A stretch of DNA of 64,000 bases, taken from an uncultured cyanobacterium. GTDB taxonomy: Bacteria > Cyanobacteriota > Cyanobacteriia > Cyanobacteriales > CAWCAG01. Positions 60,715 to 64,000 of the stretch are shown here, piece after piece. How positions within the stretch are numbered: position 1 is the stretch's first letter; the number at the start of each line of letters is the position of its first letter. A program made the position numbers and the translations under genes. The notes beneath the pieces are model-generated. The model worked only from the letters and a program-made list of their open reading frames with translations. It was not told the DNA's origin and ran no database searches. The stretch is taken from the NCBI GenBank assembly GCA_963803805.1, contig CAWDOD010000003.1:603771-667770 (forward strand), in the 5' to 3' direction.

Positions 60715-61155
60715 ATGAATTCATTACCACCTTATCTATCCTACATTGGTATTGGCATTGCCGGAATTTTGAGTCTAATTGTCATTATTTGGATTATTAT
60801 TGCTGCTAGAGTTTTTCTGCTTACTCAAGGGCTTCCCAAAGTAATTACTGCTTTTTTTGCTTTAATTGTAGAAGATAAAATTGACGAAGCATACCAAAGT
60901 ACTACGGATGATTTTAAAGCTAAAGTATCGAAAAAGAAGTTTATTAAATTAATTAAAAATCATAAATTTAAACAATTTAAACGCACAACAATGACTATGC
61001 CCAAGGTAGAAGGGGATTCTCCTACGGAGACGCTTCGTGATCGCGAAACTATTGGTGTTAACTTAATCCTTAGTTCTGGTCGAGAAATTCCTTTAGAAAT
61101 GGCCTTTGCAAAAGAAGGTAAGGTTTGGAAGGTGGATGATTTGAAGTTGAAGTGA
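60715..61155 (+). CDS. Membrane-anchored hypothetical protein (DUF4864/NTF2-like)
   Basis: N-terminal TM; FF..I....IDEAYQSTT..F...VS...F and KEGKVWKVD; AAGGAG RBS. Confidence 0.7.
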   Translation: MNSLPPYLSYIGIGIAGILSLIVIIWIIIAARVFLLTQGLPKVITAFFALIVEDKIDEAYQSTTDDFKAKVSKKKFIKLIKNHKFKQFKRTTMTMPKVEGDSPTETLRDRETIGVNLILSSGREIPLEMAFAKEGKVWKVDDLKLK

Positions 61156-61240
61156 ATTAGGGTATAAGGGTAAGGTGCAGATACCGCCTTGTGGCTGGTA
61201 CTAAGGATTCTGTTAGTGATGGTGGGAAGTTGTGGGGCGA

Positions 61241-61813
61241 TCACTTTGTTGTTTCCTTCTGATCAAAAACAGATGCACAAGTGAGAAGATGGCCTAAAAA
61301 CTCTGCTGCGGTGCAACGAGAACGACATCCAAAGTCCGAATGCCACCATCCTGTAACTGTGTGGGGCGATCGCCAAAGTTCTAAATGTTCAACCCCAGGC
61401 TCAGCATAAAAACTTTCTTTTCCTGCCCCCAATAGAGCAGAACTCCAGTGAGTAAAATAATCATGGCTGAGGCGATAAATTGGAAAATTTCCCCACAAAG
61501 GCATTCCCCAGCCATCCAGGGCAATAAAAGCTTTGATCAAGCCCCCCTCATTTTGCCATGCTTGGGCAGCCCCAAACGCACCTACAACCCCCGCACTGAA
61601 AGCAATAAATACAATTGGTGGTGCGGTTTTAGGTAAACCGAAGTTAGTTTTTAAAAACTTCTCAATATTTTTAATTGAGTAAGCAGGATAGTTGTGAGTA
61701 GGAAATACTACTAAATCTTTCCCTAAATTAGATTCTATTTGCCTCAATTCTTGTAGAAAGTCATCTGTCAAATGGGAAGAATGAATTCCCGGACAAACTA
61801 TTACATTGCTCAT
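61241..61813 (-). CDS. Conserved alpha/beta-hydrolase-like protein
   Basis: VCPGIH, FIAFSAGVVGA, IALDGWG, SHDYFTHWSS. Confidence 0.75.
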   Translation of the reverse strand: MSNVIVCPGIHSSHLTDDFLQELRQIESNLGKDLVVFPTHNYPAYSIKNIEKFLKTNFGLPKTAPPIVFIAFSAGVVGAFGAAQAWQNEGGLIKAFIALDGWGMPLWGNFPIYRLSHDYFTHWSSALLGAGKESFYAEPGVEHLELWRSPHTVTGWWHSDFGCRSRCTAAEFLGHLLTCASVFDQKETTK

Positions 61814-61920
61814 TTATTATTGATCATTCCAAACCAGATTATTCAAAGCTATTTGTAGTAGGGTAACGCACCATGTTGTATTCTTAGTATCGGAAGATTA
61901 GGGAATTAAAATTCATCCCC

Positions 61921-63211
61921 TTACAACAAACGCAATTGAGTTTTCTTGCCTTGAACTCCCACCAGAATTTCTTCTTCTAAAACGCCTTCTAAATCATTAT
62001 TCATCAAAAGTTGAGCCGCTTCTAACATATCTTTAGCAATATCTCCTAAATCTTCTCGATTACTTAAATAAGTTTGTAACGCTGCCAAAGGATCTAAACT
62101 GTTACCTTCCCCTAGTTCTGGAACACGAGGACGGGCTAATTGACTAACTAGTTCAGGACGAATTGTATAACTATGGGCATCATCCAATGCTGAATGTAGT
62201 GAGCTAGTATTAATTAAGTCTAATTGTTCAGAACGAAGTCGGTAAATTAGCCTGACTACAGCTTGAGATATTTCATTTTTACGGATAGCTTTTAAAATAG
62301 CTGTCTCCGGTTCTTCTGCTTGGGAAACATCCACATCAATGGTACAAAAACTTCGTACTTGTAGAGGGCAGAATTGCCACTTTACTTGCCCTTTCTCTAT
62401 TTCAATAAATACATAACCCTTATCTTCTTTTTCCTCGGAAAAATCTACTCTTTCAATACTACCAGGATAGACAACCGGAGGATTATTGGACTTATTCAAG
62501 TTTTGGTGCTTGTGGACATGACCCAAGGCTACATACTCAAATTCAGGACGAGTCAGCAAAGAAATAGGCAGGGTAAAACCTTTACCTACTGCCAAAAGAC
62601 GTTCTGCCCCTAAATTCGCTCAATCTGCCATTAAATGCCCTAACAAAATTGTTGGCACTTCAGGGATTGAGACGCCGTATTTCTCCTTCTAAAACAGGTT
62701 CAAGGCGTTTTAATTAATAGTTCATTAACTTCTGCTTAAAGATAGAGTCCTTCAGTTTCTGGGCGAGTAATTAAAGTTGAATGAGTTAACCAAGGCAAAG
62801 TGATAATTTGAATTGCCCGTTAGGAGTATTAATGCAATGGGTTTTAATACTATCTCCAACGATAAGTCCTGGGACACCCAAAGTACGATAAATACATGGA
62901 CTATCACCGCCGTTTCCTTGGAATGTTGGTCATGGTTTCCTACTCATAAAACCGTAGGAATTTGGGCATCTGCTAAGCGACGAAATTGTGTTGCAAAGGC
63001 TTCTTAAGATAACCAGGAGGAGTAGCATCAGGAAAAGCATCTCCTCCGAATAATACTAAGTCGACTGACTCTTAATCGCCCGATCTGAGCACTTACTTAA
63101 GGTGGAAATAAAATCTTCTAACCTGGTGTTTAGACCAGTGTCTGGGTTAACTTTTCCTTGAGAAAAGCCACTTCCCATATGAATATCTGACAAGTGCAGA
63201 ATTTTTATCAT
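61921..63211 (-). CDS. sbcD: Exonuclease SbcCD subunit D (multiple indels)
   Basis: MIKILHLSDIHMG start; GGDAFPDATPP and GNHDQHS in shifted frames; YVALGHVHKHQ and YPGSIERVDFSE. Confidence 0.88.
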
Positions 63212-63350
63212 TGTTATGGGAAAATAGAACGGGCCAGACACTATCGTATTTAAAAAACAAGGAAGAAACACAGTCCACAGGAGAAAAATTGTAGTATATT
63301 TTTTACTTAACCACTTATTACTTCCCTTATCACCCAGTCATACTCTGTCC

Positions 63351-63677
63351 ATGTCTCCCTTAGTCGCCACAACAAAAATGCAAGGCTGGATTCGCAGCAG
63401 ACATCTGATTTATTCGGGTAATTTTGTTATTTTAGAAACTTTAGAATATTCGATGGTAGACAGTTTTTGTGAATGTGTAGAAGCTTTAGGAGGAATATTA
63501 ATTAGTGTAGGACCTTTTAGAAAAGCGTTGATCAGCAACCATAGAAAAGCTATTCTTTATCAAGGGAAAGCAAGCTTGCCTAACCCTCACTACGATTTAA
63601 AACAATATTGGCTTAATCACGGTAGCCCCTCTAGTCGCTTTGATGGTCAAAGATGCCTAGCGGCAACGGCAAGTTGA
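63351..63677 (+). CDS. cpeR: CpeR-family regulator
   Basis: KMQGWIRSRHLIYSGNF..ET.EYS....F..CV..LGG.LISV...NHR..ILY..KASL..P...LKQYW...GS...RFD. Confidence 0.8.
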   Translation: MSPLVATTKMQGWIRSRHLIYSGNFVILETLEYSMVDSFCECVEALGGILISVGPFRKALISNHRKAILYQGKASLPNPHYDLKQYWLNHGSPSSRFDGQRCLAATAS

Positions 63678-63725
63678 ACAGTCATCAATTATTAATCTAT
63701 CAATTAACTACTCCCTTCTTAAAAA

Positions 63726-63966
63726 ATGAAAGAACAAATACTCATCTGGCTTAATAGATTGTTAGTTGCTAATATTTTCCGAGGATTTTGAGCTTTTTTT
63801 GGTTCGTTATTGGTTTAATTGGGCCGTCTGTGAATATTCCTTTGGGTTTTGATATTTGGTTTAGTCTTTGGGAACCAGTTTATCCCCCGCCATTGGTATA
63901 TTAATGGCGGGGGCAATTATGGTTGGTTTAGTTAATCAAATTAATAAACAATTAAACCGCAGCTAA
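63726..63966 (+). CDS. Small conserved membrane protein, frameshifted
   Basis: MKEQILIWLNRLLVANIF / FFWFVIGLIG...PLGFDIWFSLWEPV / PAIGILMAGA pieces in different frames. Confidence 0.5.
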
Positions 63967-64000
63967 CTCTCTTTCAGCAGGACGCTTACGATTCACGAAT

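Noticed and set aside
61921-63211. sbcD as a true pseudogene
   Set aside because: Catalytic motifs are well preserved and indel density rises for all genes near the window end, favouring sequence error; cannot be fully excluded without reads

Overview
This is a chromosomal segment of a cyanobacterium. Support: frequent HIP1 GCGATCGC sites, heptameric tandem repeats, ntcB, a cpeR-family gene, xisH/xisI and an SLH-OprB porin. Most of it is housekeeping: pyrB, rimP-nusA-ylxR, ppc, dnaN, ssb, mreBCD-ribD, aspS, modA, minCDE, pdhC, aas and sbcD. It also carries tRNA-Gly(CCC), 6S RNA and a glutamine riboswitch. Accessory elements are interspersed: ISL3, IS630 and IS1 remnants, xisHI next to an LRR-Roc-COR (Roco) gene, a PEP-CTERM protein and a very AT-rich glycosyltransferase. 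The best candidate for an undescribed system is a 3.6 kb island at 38.2-41.8 kb. It encodes a split STAND/NLR-like receptor (HTH-ATPase, separate APAF1-helical/WD40 gene, shortened ATPase paralog with an altered Walker B) facing a small membrane-protein gene across two identically spaced AGGGCA-N26-TGCCCT palindromes. The island is flanked by heptamer arrays and sits where nirA would be expected, behind a nirA-type NtcB+NtcA promoter. The adjacent nirB-porin-ntcB-cnaT cluster has textbook NtcA promoters. Single-base frameshifts in several conserved genes, including the essential dnaN, are most likely sequencing or assembly indels. All calls were made by eye from sequence and recalled family motifs; no database searches were run.
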